From: Ignavibacteriota bacterium
Lineage (GTDB): Bacteria; Bacteroidota; Ignavibacteria; UBA10030; CAVZMI01
Reading direction: 5' to 3'
Length of the DNA stretch: 64,000 nt
Assembly (NCBI GenBank): GCA_963776275.1
Contig: CAVZMI010000018.1
Location: 96,001-160,000 of the forward strand
Made by a program: the position numbers and the translations under genes. How positions within the stretch are numbered: the first letter of the stretch is position 1; every line of letters starts with the position of its first letter. A model generated the notes under the pieces. It was not told where the DNA came from and did no database searches. It saw only the letters and a list, made by a program, of their open reading frames with translations. This document shows, piece after piece, positions 18,698-29,501 of this stretch.

Positions 18698-20188
18698 ATG
18701 GATACTGCACAACCTGACAAGCCACGCTGCAATTGCGGCATTTTTGGCGTTTTTGGACATTCCCAGGCTTCGAGATTGATTTACTATGGGCTTCTGGCTC
18801 TTCAGCATCGCGGTCAGGAGGCCTCGGGTATTGTTACCAGATATTATGACACTGAAAGACAAAAACATCGCTTCCATACCTATAAGGGGATCGGACTGGT
18901 GAATGATGTCTTTCGGGATGAGAAAATACTCGCCGAGACACTGGATGGCGATGCGGCCATAGGTCATAACCGTTATTCTACTACGGGTTCTTCCGATAAC
19001 CGGGCGAACGTCCAGCCTTTCGTGGTGAACTACCGGAGCGGTAATCTTGCTGTTTCTCATAATGGAAATCTTACAAATTATCGTGCACTTCGGAAGAAAC
19101 TGAGTTCAGAAGGAACGATATTTCAGACTACCTCGGATTCTGAAATTATTCTCCATTTGATGGCCAGAAGCAGGGAGCAGAATCAGATAAATCAGATTCA
19201 GGAAGCTCTCAATACAGTCGATGGAGCATATTCTCTGCTGATTCTTACCGATAACATGCTTGTAGCGGCCCGTGATCCTTATGGATTCAGACCGCTTTCC
19301 CTCGGGAAATTGGATGGTGTCTATGTCGTTGCATCCGAGACATGCGCGTTTGATATCATCGGTGCCGAATATATCCGTGATATCGCCCCGGGTGAAATTC
19401 TCGTCATTGATGACGAAGCTAAACAGGCACAAAAACCGAAATCATTCTGGGTATCGAAAAAAGTCGCGCAACCGAGATTTTGTATCTTCGAATATATCTA
19501 TTTTTCACGCCCCGATAGCAAAATATTCGGGAACAGCGTCGATCGTGTTCGGCGGAAACTTGGAAAAAGTCTTGCAAAACAATCTCCGGTTGAGAAGAAA
19601 TCCGATGAGACAAAAACTATTGTCATCAGTGTACCTGACTCGAGTAATACGGCAACATTGGGATTCGTTTCGGAAAGCAATAAGCTGGGATATGAGGCGA
19701 AGCTTGAGATAGGCTTAATAAGAAGTCACTACATCGGCAGGACATTTATCCAGCCTGAACAGGATATCCGTGAATTGAAAGTGAAGATGAAATTCAATAC
19801 TGTTAAAGGTGTGTTGAAAGATAGGGTTGTTGTGATTATTGACGATTCAATTGTCCGTGGTACGACATCCAAAAAATTGATACAACTCATCCGTGAGGCT
19901 GAACCGAAGGAAATCCATTTCAGAGTTACAGCTCCTCCTATCAAGTATCCATGTCAGTATGGTATGGATTTTCCGAGTAGGGAAGAGCTCATTGCAAATC
20001 AATGCGGTGGAGATGTCGAAAAGATACGCCAGGAGCTCGGCGTCGATAGTCTCGCATATCTCACGATCGAGAAACTTCTCGAATCCGTTCCGACAGAGAA
20101 CGGTGAAGGATATTGCACGGCATGTTTCAGCGGTTTCTACCCTGTCGCCGTTGAACCGGTTGGGGCGAAGGATGAAAATGATGTCTGA
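18698..20188 (+). CDS. purF: Amidophosphoribosyltransferase
   Basis: Propeptide then CGIFG, LQHRGQE, HNGNL, IDDSIVRGTTS, Fe-S ligand YCTAC. Confidence 0.96.
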   Translation: MDTAQPDKPRCNCGIFGVFGHSQASRLIYYGLLALQHRGQEASGIVTRYYDTERQKHRFHTYKGIGLVNDVFRDEKILAETLDGDAAIGHNRYSTTGSSDNRANVQPFVVNYRSGNLAVSHNGNLTNYRALRKKLSSEGTIFQTTSDSEIILHLMARSREQNQINQIQEALNTVDGAYSLLILTDNMLVAARDPYGFRPLSLGKLDGVYVVASETCAFDIIGAEYIRDIAPGEILVIDDEAKQAQKPKSFWVSKKVAQPRFCIFEYIYFSRPDSKIFGNSVDRVRRKLGKSLAKQSPVEKKSDETKTIVISVPDSSNTATLGFVSESNKLGYEAKLEIGLIRSHYIGRTFIQPEQDIRELKVKMKFNTVKGVLKDRVVVIIDDSIVRGTTSKKLIQLIREAEPKEIHFRVTAPPIKYPCQYGMDFPSREELIANQCGGDVEKIRQELGVDSLAYLTIEKLLESVPTENGEGYCTACFSGFYPVAVEPVGAKDENDV

Positions 20189-20741
20189 TCCCGATGTTCG
20201 TCCCCGTGTAAGGGTATGGACAATCTCGAATCTTCTTAGTTGCACCCGAATCGTCCTCGCGATTCCGATCTTCCTGCTCTTGCTTCATGGTACACTTCAG
20301 AGCCGTCTGTCGGCGGTCCTGATCATGCTTGTTGCTGTCGTAACAGATTTTCTGGACGGCTATATCGCCCGGCGGCGAAATGAAGTCACTGCATTAGGAA
20401 AAATTCTTGATCCTCTTGCCGATAAAATCGGCGTCGGAGTCGTCGCATTCGCCTTATCAATTATGCAGTATCTTCCAATATGGTTCTTCTTGCTCGTTCT
20501 TTTTCGTGATGCTGTTATTCTTGCTGGCGGAGTGTGGCTCATACGGACGCGAAATATCGTTCCGCAGTCTAATTGGATAGGGAAATGGACTGTAAATGCA
20601 GTTGCATTAACAATAGTAATGGCGACATTGAGGGTGAACGCAGTAGTGGATATTCTAATCGGAATAAGTTGTATACTCCTACTCTGGTCGTTGGTGGCAT
20701 ATGGTCAGCGCTTCTTTATAGCGGTCCGTAGAAAAGTATAA
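20178..20741 (+). CDS. CDP-alcohol phosphatidyltransferase (PgsA-like)
   Basis: TISNLLS, TDFLDGYIARRRNEVTALGKILDPLADK signature. Confidence 0.9.
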   Translation: MMSDPDVRPRVRVWTISNLLSCTRIVLAIPIFLLLLHGTLQSRLSAVLIMLVAVVTDFLDGYIARRRNEVTALGKILDPLADKIGVGVVAFALSIMQYLPIWFFLLVLFRDAVILAGGVWLIRTRNIVPQSNWIGKWTVNAVALTIVMATLRVNAVVDILIGISCILLLWSLVAYGQRFFIAVRRKV

Positions 20742-20750
20742 GGGTGTCGA

Positions 20751-21701
20751 ATGGGATTCTTTGATACATTAAAGTTTGAAAGATTAAAAGAAGGACTGAC
20801 GAAGACACGCGACAACATCTTTGGAAAGGTGCAGCGGCTGGTAACGGCAAAATCAAAAATAGACGATGAAATGATCGATAAACTCGAAGAGATACTTATT
20901 ACAGCCGATGTGGGTGTCAATACGTCAATGAAGATTATCGAGAGAATCAAAACACGAGTAAGAGAAGAAAAGTATGAAGATTCAAACGAGCTTGATCGAT
21001 TACTACATGACGAAATTCGAAATGCATTAGGTGAAGGCAATCAGATGAACAGGAATGATTACTTCTCAATTCCTACAGGTATCAAACCATTCGTAATTTT
21101 GATTGTTGGTGTCAATGGAGTCGGTAAAACCACAACAATCGGAAAGCTTGCATATAATTATCGGACAGCAAAGAAAAATGTAATCATTGCTGCTGCGGAT
21201 ACATTCAGGGCAGCGGCGAATGAACAGCTTGAAATCTGGGCACAACGCGCTTCAGTCGATATCATTCAACAGGCGCACGGAGCGGATCCGGCTGCCGTCG
21301 CCTATGATTCGCTCAATGCGGCAAAAGCACGTGGAGCGGATGTAGTTATTATCGATACGGCCGGTCGTCTCCATACAAAAACCCCCTTAATGGAGGAACT
21401 AAAAAAAATCAGACGAGTGATGCAAAAAATCGTTCCTGAAGCACCCCACGAAGTTCTGCTCGTCCTTGATGCATCAACCGGACAAAATGCCCTCGAACAG
21501 GCTCGTCAGTTTGCCAATGCTGTTGGAGTTACAGGGCTTATTATTACAAAGCTTGACGGCACTGCGAAAGGTGGAATTATATTTGCAATCAACCAGGAGT
21601 TGAACATCCCTGTGAAATTTATCGGTGTCGGAGAACAGATTGGCGATCTTCAGCCTTTTGACAAGTCCGTCTTTGTTAATGCATTATTGCAGACTGAATG
21701 A
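20751..21701 (+). CDS. ftsY: Signal recognition particle receptor FtsY
   Basis: GVNGVGKTTT, DTFRAAA, DTAGR, TKLDGTAKGG. Confidence 0.97.
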   Translation: MGFFDTLKFERLKEGLTKTRDNIFGKVQRLVTAKSKIDDEMIDKLEEILITADVGVNTSMKIIERIKTRVREEKYEDSNELDRLLHDEIRNALGEGNQMNRNDYFSIPTGIKPFVILIVGVNGVGKTTTIGKLAYNYRTAKKNVIIAAADTFRAAANEQLEIWAQRASVDIIQQAHGADPAAVAYDSLNAAKARGADVVIIDTAGRLHTKTPLMEELKKIRRVMQKIVPEAPHEVLLVLDASTGQNALEQARQFANAVGVTGLIITKLDGTAKGGIIFAINQELNIPVKFIGVGEQIGDLQPFDKSVFVNALLQTE

Positions 21702-21736
21702 TGTAACATAATTAAGGAGGATTATCAGGACGATTT

Positions 21737-23746
21737 ATGAAAGATCTAGGTTCAGGCCTCCTGAAAAATAATCGTATACGTGTTGTTGTTGTCACAACGG
21801 TCATGCTGACGTTCATATCGTATTGGCGTGCGGCTGCAATTGTGCTGAGTGATCTGGCATCTTCCGCATATTATGTCGTTGGTATTGCCGAAGGAGCAAT
21901 CGGGAAATCGGCCCCATATTACATCTTTGCCGTCATGCTTTTTTCATATGCTGTCCGGCTCCTATATATAGAGTCAAGCGCCATGTTTACACGGGGAGGT
22001 GTCTATAAAGTTGTAAAACAGGCGATGGGTGGGGGATTGGCCAAGATTGCGGTTTCGGCACTTCTTTTTGATTTCATGCTTACAGGTCCGATCAGCGCTA
22101 CATCAGCCGGACAGTATATGGTCGGATTATTAAATTCCATTTTTATACAGGCCGGAATTCCTATTACACTTCCTGCAAATGTAACATCGGCGATCTTTGC
22201 TATCATGATCGTGCTCTATTTCTGGCATCAGAATATTCTCGGTATCGAAGAAAGTAGTGGCAAGGCGTTGAAGATCATAAAGATCACAACCGTAATGGCG
22301 GTCTTGATCATCGTCTGGAGCGTTGTTACCTTGCTTGTACAAGGGTTCAAGCTCCCGCCATTTGAAATTAGTGTTCATGAAGATGCAATGGGATGGCTGA
22401 GGGGGGTCGAATGGGCAAAAACAATTGGATTTGTCGGGGTCATGATTGCATTTGGCCATTCAATCCTCGCAATGAGTGGTGAAGAGACGCTTGCGCAGGT
22501 GTATCGTGAGATCGAATCGCCGAAGCTGAAAAATCTTAAAAAAACGGGATTGATAATTTTTATATACAGTATGGTTTTTACATCGCTGATTTCTTTTTTC
22601 GCGGTGATGATTATTCCCGATGGGCTCCGGACCACGATTTACAAGGATAATGTGATCGGAGGACTGGCCATGTTTGTGCTCGGGCCGGTATGGATACGCC
22701 TTGCAATGCAGGCATTTGTCGTTGTTGTAGGTTTCCTTATTCTTGCCGGGGCCGTTAACACGGCTATCATTGGTTCGAATGGAGTACTGAATCGTCTTGC
22801 AGAAGACAACGTTCTGACCGATTGGTTCCGTCATCCACATCGTAGATACGGTACGACAAGCCGGATCATCAACTGGATTGTTGGACTTCAGATCATGGTG
22901 ATCATTCTCAGTCAGGGCGATATATTTGTTCTAGGTGAAGCATATGCGTTCGGTCTGGTGTGGAGTTTTGTAATGAATGCACTCTCTACACTCGTCCTTC
23001 GATTTAAAGACCGTTCAAAGCGGGAGTTCAGGGTGCCGTTGAATTTCACAATCGCGGGCAGAGAAATTCCCCTGGGGATTGGTTTGACTTTTCTTGTTTT
23101 ATTACTCGTGGCATTGACAAATCTGTTCACGAAGCCGGTTGCTACAGAGTGGGGAATTGCTTTTACAATTTTCCTATTTATCGTGTTTTCCTCTTCTGAA
23201 ATGGTGAACAAGAGACATGCACAAAAATCGGAGACACATTTAGAAAAATTTAATATCTTTGGAGAATCGACAATAACACCTGAAAGCATCGGCAGTGTAC
23301 GAATTAAACGAAAGGTGGTCGGAGTCGGATCGATTACTAATTTAAAACATCTTATGAAATGCCTTGAAGAGACCGATACGGATGATGTGGACATCGTGGT
23401 TATGACGGCGAAGGTTCTCCGTGATCGGCAGAGCGAAGTGGTCGAGGCTCAACTCAGTCGTTCGGAACAGGCGGTATTATCGGAGGTTGTCAGTATCGCC
23501 GAAAAAGTTGGGAAGCCCGTGATTCCGATCGTTGTCCCGACAAATAATGTCCCTTATGCGCTCGCAATGACGGCAAAAGAATTAGGGGCAACGGAGATAT
23601 TTCTTGGTGCATCGGCTAAATACGATCCTGATTTTCAGCTTCAACAAATTGCGCTGCTGTGGGGAGCAGTGCAACCCGACGAGACCAAACAGATTTGCAT
23701 ACGAATATTCGATCCAACATATCGGGAATATCGAGCGGAGTTGTAA
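21737..23746 (+). CDS. APC-superfamily permease with C-terminal soluble (USP-like) domain
   Basis: About 12 hydrophobic segments, RGGVY, LAMSGEETLAQ, soluble alpha/beta C-terminus. Confidence 0.75.
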   Translation: MKDLGSGLLKNNRIRVVVVTTVMLTFISYWRAAAIVLSDLASSAYYVVGIAEGAIGKSAPYYIFAVMLFSYAVRLLYIESSAMFTRGGVYKVVKQAMGGGLAKIAVSALLFDFMLTGPISATSAGQYMVGLLNSIFIQAGIPITLPANVTSAIFAIMIVLYFWHQNILGIEESSGKALKIIKITTVMAVLIIVWSVVTLLVQGFKLPPFEISVHEDAMGWLRGVEWAKTIGFVGVMIAFGHSILAMSGEETLAQVYREIESPKLKNLKKTGLIIFIYSMVFTSLISFFAVMIIPDGLRTTIYKDNVIGGLAMFVLGPVWIRLAMQAFVVVVGFLILAGAVNTAIIGSNGVLNRLAEDNVLTDWFRHPHRRYGTTSRIINWIVGLQIMVIILSQGDIFVLGEAYAFGLVWSFVMNALSTLVLRFKDRSKREFRVPLNFTIAGREIPLGIGLTFLVLLLVALTNLFTKPVATEWGIAFTIFLFIVFSSSEMVNKRHAQKSETHLEKFNIFGESTITPESIGSVRIKRKVVGVGSITNLKHLMKCLEETDTDDVDIVVMTAKVLRDRQSEVVEAQLSRSEQAVLSEVVSIAEKVGKPVIPIVVPTNNVPYALAMTAKELGATEIFLGASAKYDPDFQLQQIALLWGAVQPDETKQICIRIFDPTYREYRAEL

Positions 23747-23750
23747 GCCA

Positions 23751-24764
23751 ATGAGACTTAACATTTGGCGTTCTTCACTTCAATTAAAACATGAGTTCAC
23801 GATAGCACACGGCACACGTACTTTAGTGCCGGTCGTCTTTTTAGAACTTCACCACGATGGGATTGTTGGAATAGGTGAAGCGTCGCCGTCGTCCCGTTAT
23901 GGAGAAACAGTCGAATCGGTGGAAGCGTTTCTTTCAAAGGTGAATCTTGAACCATTTGAAAGCCCGTTCATCATCGATGCAATTCTGGGTTATATCCGGG
24001 ATATTGCTCCCGGAAATTCCGCGGCCAAAGCCGCGATCGATATTGCACTTCATGATTGGATAGGGAAAAAACTCGGTATTCCGCTATATCAATTCCTGGG
24101 ACTCGAAGGGAAACAAACGCCATATTCGTCCTATACTATCGGTATTGATACACCCGAAAAAGTAATGCAAAAAGTTGAAGAGGCGGCAGAGTATCCAATC
24201 CTGAAAATAAAGCTGGGACTGGAGAATGACCGCGAAATAATGATCGCAATTCGGCGCGTCACAAGGAAAACACTGCGGGTCGATGTCAATGAGGGATGGA
24301 AGACACGCGAGCTTGCGCTCGAGAGTATTGAGTGGTTGTCAGAACTCGGCGTCGAATTTGTCGAACAACCAATGCCCGCGTCACAGATCGATGATATTGC
24401 ATGGCTCCGGGAACGGTCGCCTCTGCCGTTGATTGCGGATGAAAGTGTCATGCGGCTCGAGGATATCCCGGTTCTTGCCCACGCATTTGATGGGATCAAT
24501 ATCAAGCTGATGAAATGTACGGGGATTCGGGAAGCATTGAAAATGATCAGCGCCGCCCGCGCATCCCGCCTCAAAGTGATGATGGGATGTATGGTGGAGA
24601 GTTCTGTCGGAATTTCTGCTGCGGCCCAATTATCGCCGCTTATTGATTTTGCCGATCTTGATAGTGCAGAAATGATATCCAATGATCCATATGAAGGAGC
24701 CGTCATCGAGAAAGGCCGGTTGAAATTGCCGGATCGTCCGGGGATTGGAGTGAAAGAAGGATAA
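23751..24764 (+). CDS. Dipeptide (L-Ala-D/L-Glu) epimerase, enolase superfamily
   Basis: FTIAHG, LKIKLG, RVDVNEGW, EQP, ADES, NIKLMK, DLD. Confidence 0.88.
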   Translation: MRLNIWRSSLQLKHEFTIAHGTRTLVPVVFLELHHDGIVGIGEASPSSRYGETVESVEAFLSKVNLEPFESPFIIDAILGYIRDIAPGNSAAKAAIDIALHDWIGKKLGIPLYQFLGLEGKQTPYSSYTIGIDTPEKVMQKVEEAAEYPILKIKLGLENDREIMIAIRRVTRKTLRVDVNEGWKTRELALESIEWLSELGVEFVEQPMPASQIDDIAWLRERSPLPLIADESVMRLEDIPVLAHAFDGINIKLMKCTGIREALKMISAARASRLKVMMGCMVESSVGISAAAQLSPLIDFADLDSAEMISNDPYEGAVIEKGRLKLPDRPGIGVKEG

Positions 24765-24769
24765 AGCTT

Positions 24770-26541
24770 ATGCCGCATACTATTCATATAATGTCGGAAC
24801 AGCTTGCCAATAAGATTGCAGCCGGTGAGGTTGTCCAGCGTCCGGCGTCGGTAGTGAAAGAACTTATGGAAAACTCCATCGATGCCGGCGCATCGCAAAT
24901 CTCCGTCATCATTAAGGACGGCGGACGAACACTCGTTCAGGTTGTCGACGATGGATCAGGCATGAATGAAGAAGATGCACGGATCTCGTTTGAACGCCAT
25001 GCGACGAGTAAAATTCTAACATACGAAGATCTGGAAAGCATACACACTCTGGGATTTCGAGGAGAAGCCCTCGCATCGATTGCCGCTGTGGCACATGTCG
25101 AGCTGAAAACACGACGAAAAGAAGATGATGTAGCATCGTTCGTCCGGATCGAGGGAGGAGAGATGCGGGAAACCGGGAAAATTGCTTTCGAACATGGAAC
25201 ATCGGTTGCTGTAAAGAATCTTTTTTTCAATACGCCCGGTCGTCGGAATTTCTTGAAAAGCGATTCGACGGAATTCAAACATGTTGCCGATGTCGTCCAG
25301 AGGCTTGCGGTTTCTCATCCCGAAATAGGATTCGAATTCGTCAGCGATGACGAGACGATTCTATTACTTCCGAAAGCCGAAAGTATCGACCGGCTCCAGG
25401 CACTCTTTGGTGAGAAACTCAGTGCATCATTGATCGAATTCAGGGAAGAGACCGATTTTCTAACAATCCATGGCTACGTAGGGAGACCCGATTTTGCACG
25501 AAAAATCCGTTCAGAACAATATCTTTTTCTCAATAAGCGCTTCATCATTAACCGGAACCTCAACCATGCTGTATTCAATGCGTATGAGCACATTCTTGAA
25601 AAAGGAAATTATCCATTCTTTATCCTTTTCATGGAAATAGATCCGCAACATGTTGATGTGAATGTGCATCCGTCTAAATTGGAGGTAAAATTTGAAGATG
25701 AGCGTAATATCTATCATTTCCTTCTGACAGTCATCCGCCGGACATTGGCCACCAATGATGTTGTTCCTACAATAAGCGTGGGACCGGCAACGTCAGGCGA
25801 TGGTCGTACAGGATCATCCGAACAAAAAGCAAAATTGTTTTTTACGGGGAGGGATCAAGTTAGACCCGATTTTCCACCTCAAAAAATGAGTCAGGAAATA
25901 CCGGCGGATACTTTTACTCTAACTTCACGTACGCCGTCAGATTCTCAATTCACCGTTCCACATCAGGACGATATAAAACCGATCTGGCAGCTGCACAACA
26001 AGTACATCCTTTCTCAGGTCGGCACGGATTGATGATTATTGATCAGCATGTAGCCCACGAGCGAATTCTTTACGAGCGAGCTATGGCAAGTTTCGAGAAT
26101 GCTGTTCCTGTATCGCAGCAGCTACTATTTCCTCAGACCTTAACGCTCAGTGCATCAGAATATGCGACCGTCAAGGAACTTCTCCCGTATCTCACGAAGC
26201 TGGGATTCGATATGAAACTTTTTGGAAAAAATGATATCGTCATCGAAGGAGTTCCCGGTGATGTACGCCCCGGACACGAGCACGATATCCTGATAGAAGT
26301 TATCGAACGATTTAAAGAAAACGAGCACAGCAAAAAACTTGATGTAAAAGAAAATATCGCAGCCTCCTTTGCATGTAAAGCGGCAATTAGAGCAGGAGAT
26401 AAACTCAGCCATGAAGAAATGAGTGTCCTGATCGATCAACTTTTTGCGACGAATATGCCGTATGTATGTCCTCACGGACGTCCTGTGGTTATAAAGATCC
26501 CGATTGAAGAGCTTGATAAACGTTTTGGTAGAACATCATAG
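24770..26541 (+). CDS. mutL: DNA mismatch repair protein MutL (apparent frameshift at ~26026)
   Basis: IAAGEVVQRPASVVKELMEN, GFRGEAL, DVNVHPSK. The endonuclease domain (DQHVAHERILYE, ACK, CPHGRP) is in the next frame and one added G restores the join. Confidence 0.93.
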
Positions 26542-26565
26542 TAATATCATCAGCAGGGTGCTGTC

Positions 26566-27453
26566 ATGAATGCTCTAATTCGAAATTTCATCGTATCATT
26601 TCGTCCGCAGCAATGGATTAAAAATCTTATTCTTTTTGCGCCGCTGATATTTTCTGAAAAACTTTTTGATATCAGGGCGTTCGGAATTGTCAGCATGGGA
26701 TTCGTTCTTTTTTCTCTGGCGGCCAGTGGAATATATACGATGAACGATCTGGCTGACACTGAGCGTGATAAGCAGCATCCGGTCAAATCACAAAGGCCGA
26801 TTGTCTCGGGCGTAATCCCCCCGGGTCTTGCCGCGGTGGTCGCTTTTTTGTTAATGGTGTTAAGTGTAACGGTCGGGTTCCTGGTGAATTCGAATTTTGG
26901 AGTATTTATCCTCGTATATGTCCTCTTGAATATCGCCTACTCCTATGGTCTAAAAAACATTGTGATTCTCGATGTCATGACAGTGGCAATCGGTTTTGTC
27001 CTGCGTGTACTCGCGGGGGCGGCGATAGTATATGTCCCGGCGTCGGAATGGCTTATCATCTGCACGCTTCTTCTCTCTTTATTCCTTGGTTTCAGCAAAC
27101 GCCGGCATGAACTTAATCTGCTCGATGTAAGAGCTGCCGATCATCGGAACGTCCTTGGTCAGTATAGTGCGGGATTTCTCGATCAAATGATAGCTATTGT
27201 CACCGCTGCCACTGTGATGTCATATGCGCTGTATACTATTTCTAACGAGACTGTTCAAAAATTCGGAACAACCCACCTTTACTATACGATTCCCTTTGTA
27301 TTATATGGCATTTTTCGATACCTTTATCTTATTCATAAGAAAGATGAAGGGGGAAATCCCACACACACAATTATCACCGATGTACCCCTTATAGTCAATG
27401 TAGCGATTTGGATCGTCGTTTCAGTCATGATTATTTATTTTCATGTATTATAG
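26566..27453 (+). CDS. UbiA family prenyltransferase (decaprenyl-phosphate phosphoribosyltransferase-like)
   Basis: RPQQWIKN, NDLADTERDKQHPVKSQRP, KRRHEL, YGIFRYL. Confidence 0.85.
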   Translation: MNALIRNFIVSFRPQQWIKNLILFAPLIFSEKLFDIRAFGIVSMGFVLFSLAASGIYTMNDLADTERDKQHPVKSQRPIVSGVIPPGLAAVVAFLLMVLSVTVGFLVNSNFGVFILVYVLLNIAYSYGLKNIVILDVMTVAIGFVLRVLAGAAIVYVPASEWLIICTLLLSLFLGFSKRRHELNLLDVRAADHRNVLGQYSAGFLDQMIAIVTAATVMSYALYTISNETVQKFGTTHLYYTIPFVLYGIFRYLYLIHKKDEGGNPTHTIITDVPLIVNVAIWIVVSVMIIYFHVL

Positions 27454-27471
27454 GTCACGGAGAGCCAGCCG

Positions 27472-28572
27472 GTGAAGTCCGTTGTTGCTGTCATTAAAAC
27501 ATCTCCCGCTACAGTTCTCAGAGATATTACTCGCCTATGCGAACTTGCGGGAATGAAACAGGCATTGGATGTCGGTGCCCCAACGATTTTAAAGGACAAT
27601 ATCTCTTGGCATTTTCCATTCCCTGCAGCGAATACAACCCCATGGCAGCTTGAAGGCACTATTCACGCTCTTCGACAATCGGGATATAAGCATCTTACAT
27701 GTGTTCAGAATAAAACCGTTGTGACCGATGCGTTCAAAGGCGAGGACCTGAACAAATATCTCCCCATATTGAGAAAAAATGACATTCCAATTTTATACAA
27801 TTTTAAAAAGCAGGACATGCACTGGATCCTCCACACTCCGAAAGTCCGGATGCACGTCCTTCCCAAAATATACCCTGAGGGGATATTCATTCCAGATTTT
27901 TTTTACGGGAAGAATATTGTCCATCTTCCAACGGTTAAATGTCATATCTATACGACGACGACAGGGGCTATGAAAAATGCTTTTGGTGGACTTCTTTCCA
28001 CAAAGCGGCACTATACCCATTCTTGGATTCATCGTACACTCGTCGATTTACTCGCGATTCAAAAGGAGATTCACGCGGGAATTTTTGCAGTGATGGATGG
28101 GACAACGGTGGGGAATGGTCCGGGACCGAGAACGATGATTCCGGTTGTCAAGGATTACCTCCTTGCATCATCAGATCAGGTGGCAATCGATGCAGTTTCG
28201 GCTAAAATGATGGGATTTGACCCGCTATCGATCGAGTATATCAAAATTGCCCATGATGACGGCCTCGGTATCGGCGATCCTCGCGATATCGAAATCGTTG
28301 GTACCGATATCTCGAATGAGTCTTGGGGCTTTAGTGTCGGCAATAATCTGGTGCGCGTTGCTGCCGGTTTGCTGTGGTTCGGGCCGCTCAGAGGAATTCA
28401 AAAAGTCTTCTTCCATACGCCGTTAGTCAATTTCTTTGTGCTCGCATCGGAACTCTACCACGATTACTATCGCTGGCCGTTCAAAGAGCGAAAAATCTTC
28501 GAAGAGTGGAAAACAACGACTGAATGGGGTGAACTTTTTCATCAGTATGAGACGGGTGAAATATGGAGGTAG
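27472..28572 (+). CDS. DUF362 domain protein
   Basis: HLPTVKCH...TGAMKNAFG, DGTTVGNGPGP, DQVAIDAV motifs. Confidence 0.75.
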   Translation: MKSVVAVIKTSPATVLRDITRLCELAGMKQALDVGAPTILKDNISWHFPFPAANTTPWQLEGTIHALRQSGYKHLTCVQNKTVVTDAFKGEDLNKYLPILRKNDIPILYNFKKQDMHWILHTPKVRMHVLPKIYPEGIFIPDFFYGKNIVHLPTVKCHIYTTTTGAMKNAFGGLLSTKRHYTHSWIHRTLVDLLAIQKEIHAGIFAVMDGTTVGNGPGPRTMIPVVKDYLLASSDQVAIDAVSAKMMGFDPLSIEYIKIAHDDGLGIGDPRDIEIVGTDISNESWGFSVGNNLVRVAAGLLWFGPLRGIQKVFFHTPLVNFFVLASELYHDYYRWPFKERKIFEEWKTTTEWGELFHQYETGEIWR

Positions 28573-29486
28573 CCCCGGAGAAGAAATCCCGTCGGATAGC
28601 AGAGACTGTTCTTCTCGGCATGACCATCATCTGGGGAGGCACATTTGTCATTGTCAAGAGCGGACTCGCCGATGGATCGCCCCTGGCGTTCGTGGCCATT
28701 CGTTTTTGGATTGCGACGGTGTTTTTTTTATTTTTTTTCAGGAAAAAAATAAGTCGAATTTCCTTTCCCACAATAATTCGGGGATGCATACTCGGTTTCT
28801 TGCTCTTCGCCGGATTTACAGGGCAAACGATCGGACTTAGTTTGACAACCGCTTCAAAATCGGGTTTTATTACCGGCACACTGGTAATTTTTACGCCTCT
28901 TGCCCAGTTGATCATTGAACGAAGGCCGCCAAGCATTGGAAATATAATCGGCATTATTCTTGTTACCATAGGCCTATGGATATTTACGTCTCCTCAGGGA
29001 TCGGAGCTTAATAAGGGTGATTGGTTGACATTATTTGCAGCAGTGATCTGGGGATTGTATATAGTCTATCTTGATATATTTTCAAGAAATTGTAATGGTG
29101 TGCAATTAACATTCCTGCAGGTGGTGGTAACAGCCATACTATCAACAATCGTCATGCCGTTTGTCGAAGTACCGTTTATCCGGTTTACCGCAAACATTAT
29201 CATTGCGCTAGCGTACACGGCTCTGTTGGCAACGGTGATTACGACGTACACTCAAACGCGGTATCAAAAAGACACAACTCCGACAAGAGCGGCAATTATT
29301 TATTCGCTCGAACCGGTCATCGCGGCAGTGTTGGCATTTTACATTCTTGATGAGCATATTGGAACATTGGGAGTACTTGGTGGCGGATTGATATTTATGG
29401 GACTTATAATTTCTGAATTGTTGGATGCCTTTCGTGTTATCCTTTTTCGAGCCTTGAACCGAACAAGCGGGGAAACAGAACATTAA
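28563..29486 (+). CDS. DMT/EamA family transporter
   Basis: IWGGTF, two EamA repeats, AAIIYSLEPV. Confidence 0.88.
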   Translation: MEVAPEKKSRRIAETVLLGMTIIWGGTFVIVKSGLADGSPLAFVAIRFWIATVFFLFFFRKKISRISFPTIIRGCILGFLLFAGFTGQTIGLSLTTASKSGFITGTLVIFTPLAQLIIERRPPSIGNIIGIILVTIGLWIFTSPQGSELNKGDWLTLFAAVIWGLYIVYLDIFSRNCNGVQLTFLQVVVTAILSTIVMPFVEVPFIRFTANIIIALAYTALLATVITTYTQTRYQKDTTPTRAAIIYSLEPVIAAVLAFYILDEHIGTLGVLGGGLIFMGLIISELLDAFRVILFRALNRTSGETEH

Positions 29487-29501
29487 ATTAAAGGAATCAT
29501 C

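Noticed and set aside
24131-24898. 255-aa minus-strand ORF
   Set aside because: Antisense shadow of the dipeptide epimerase and mutL, with no recognisable motifs.
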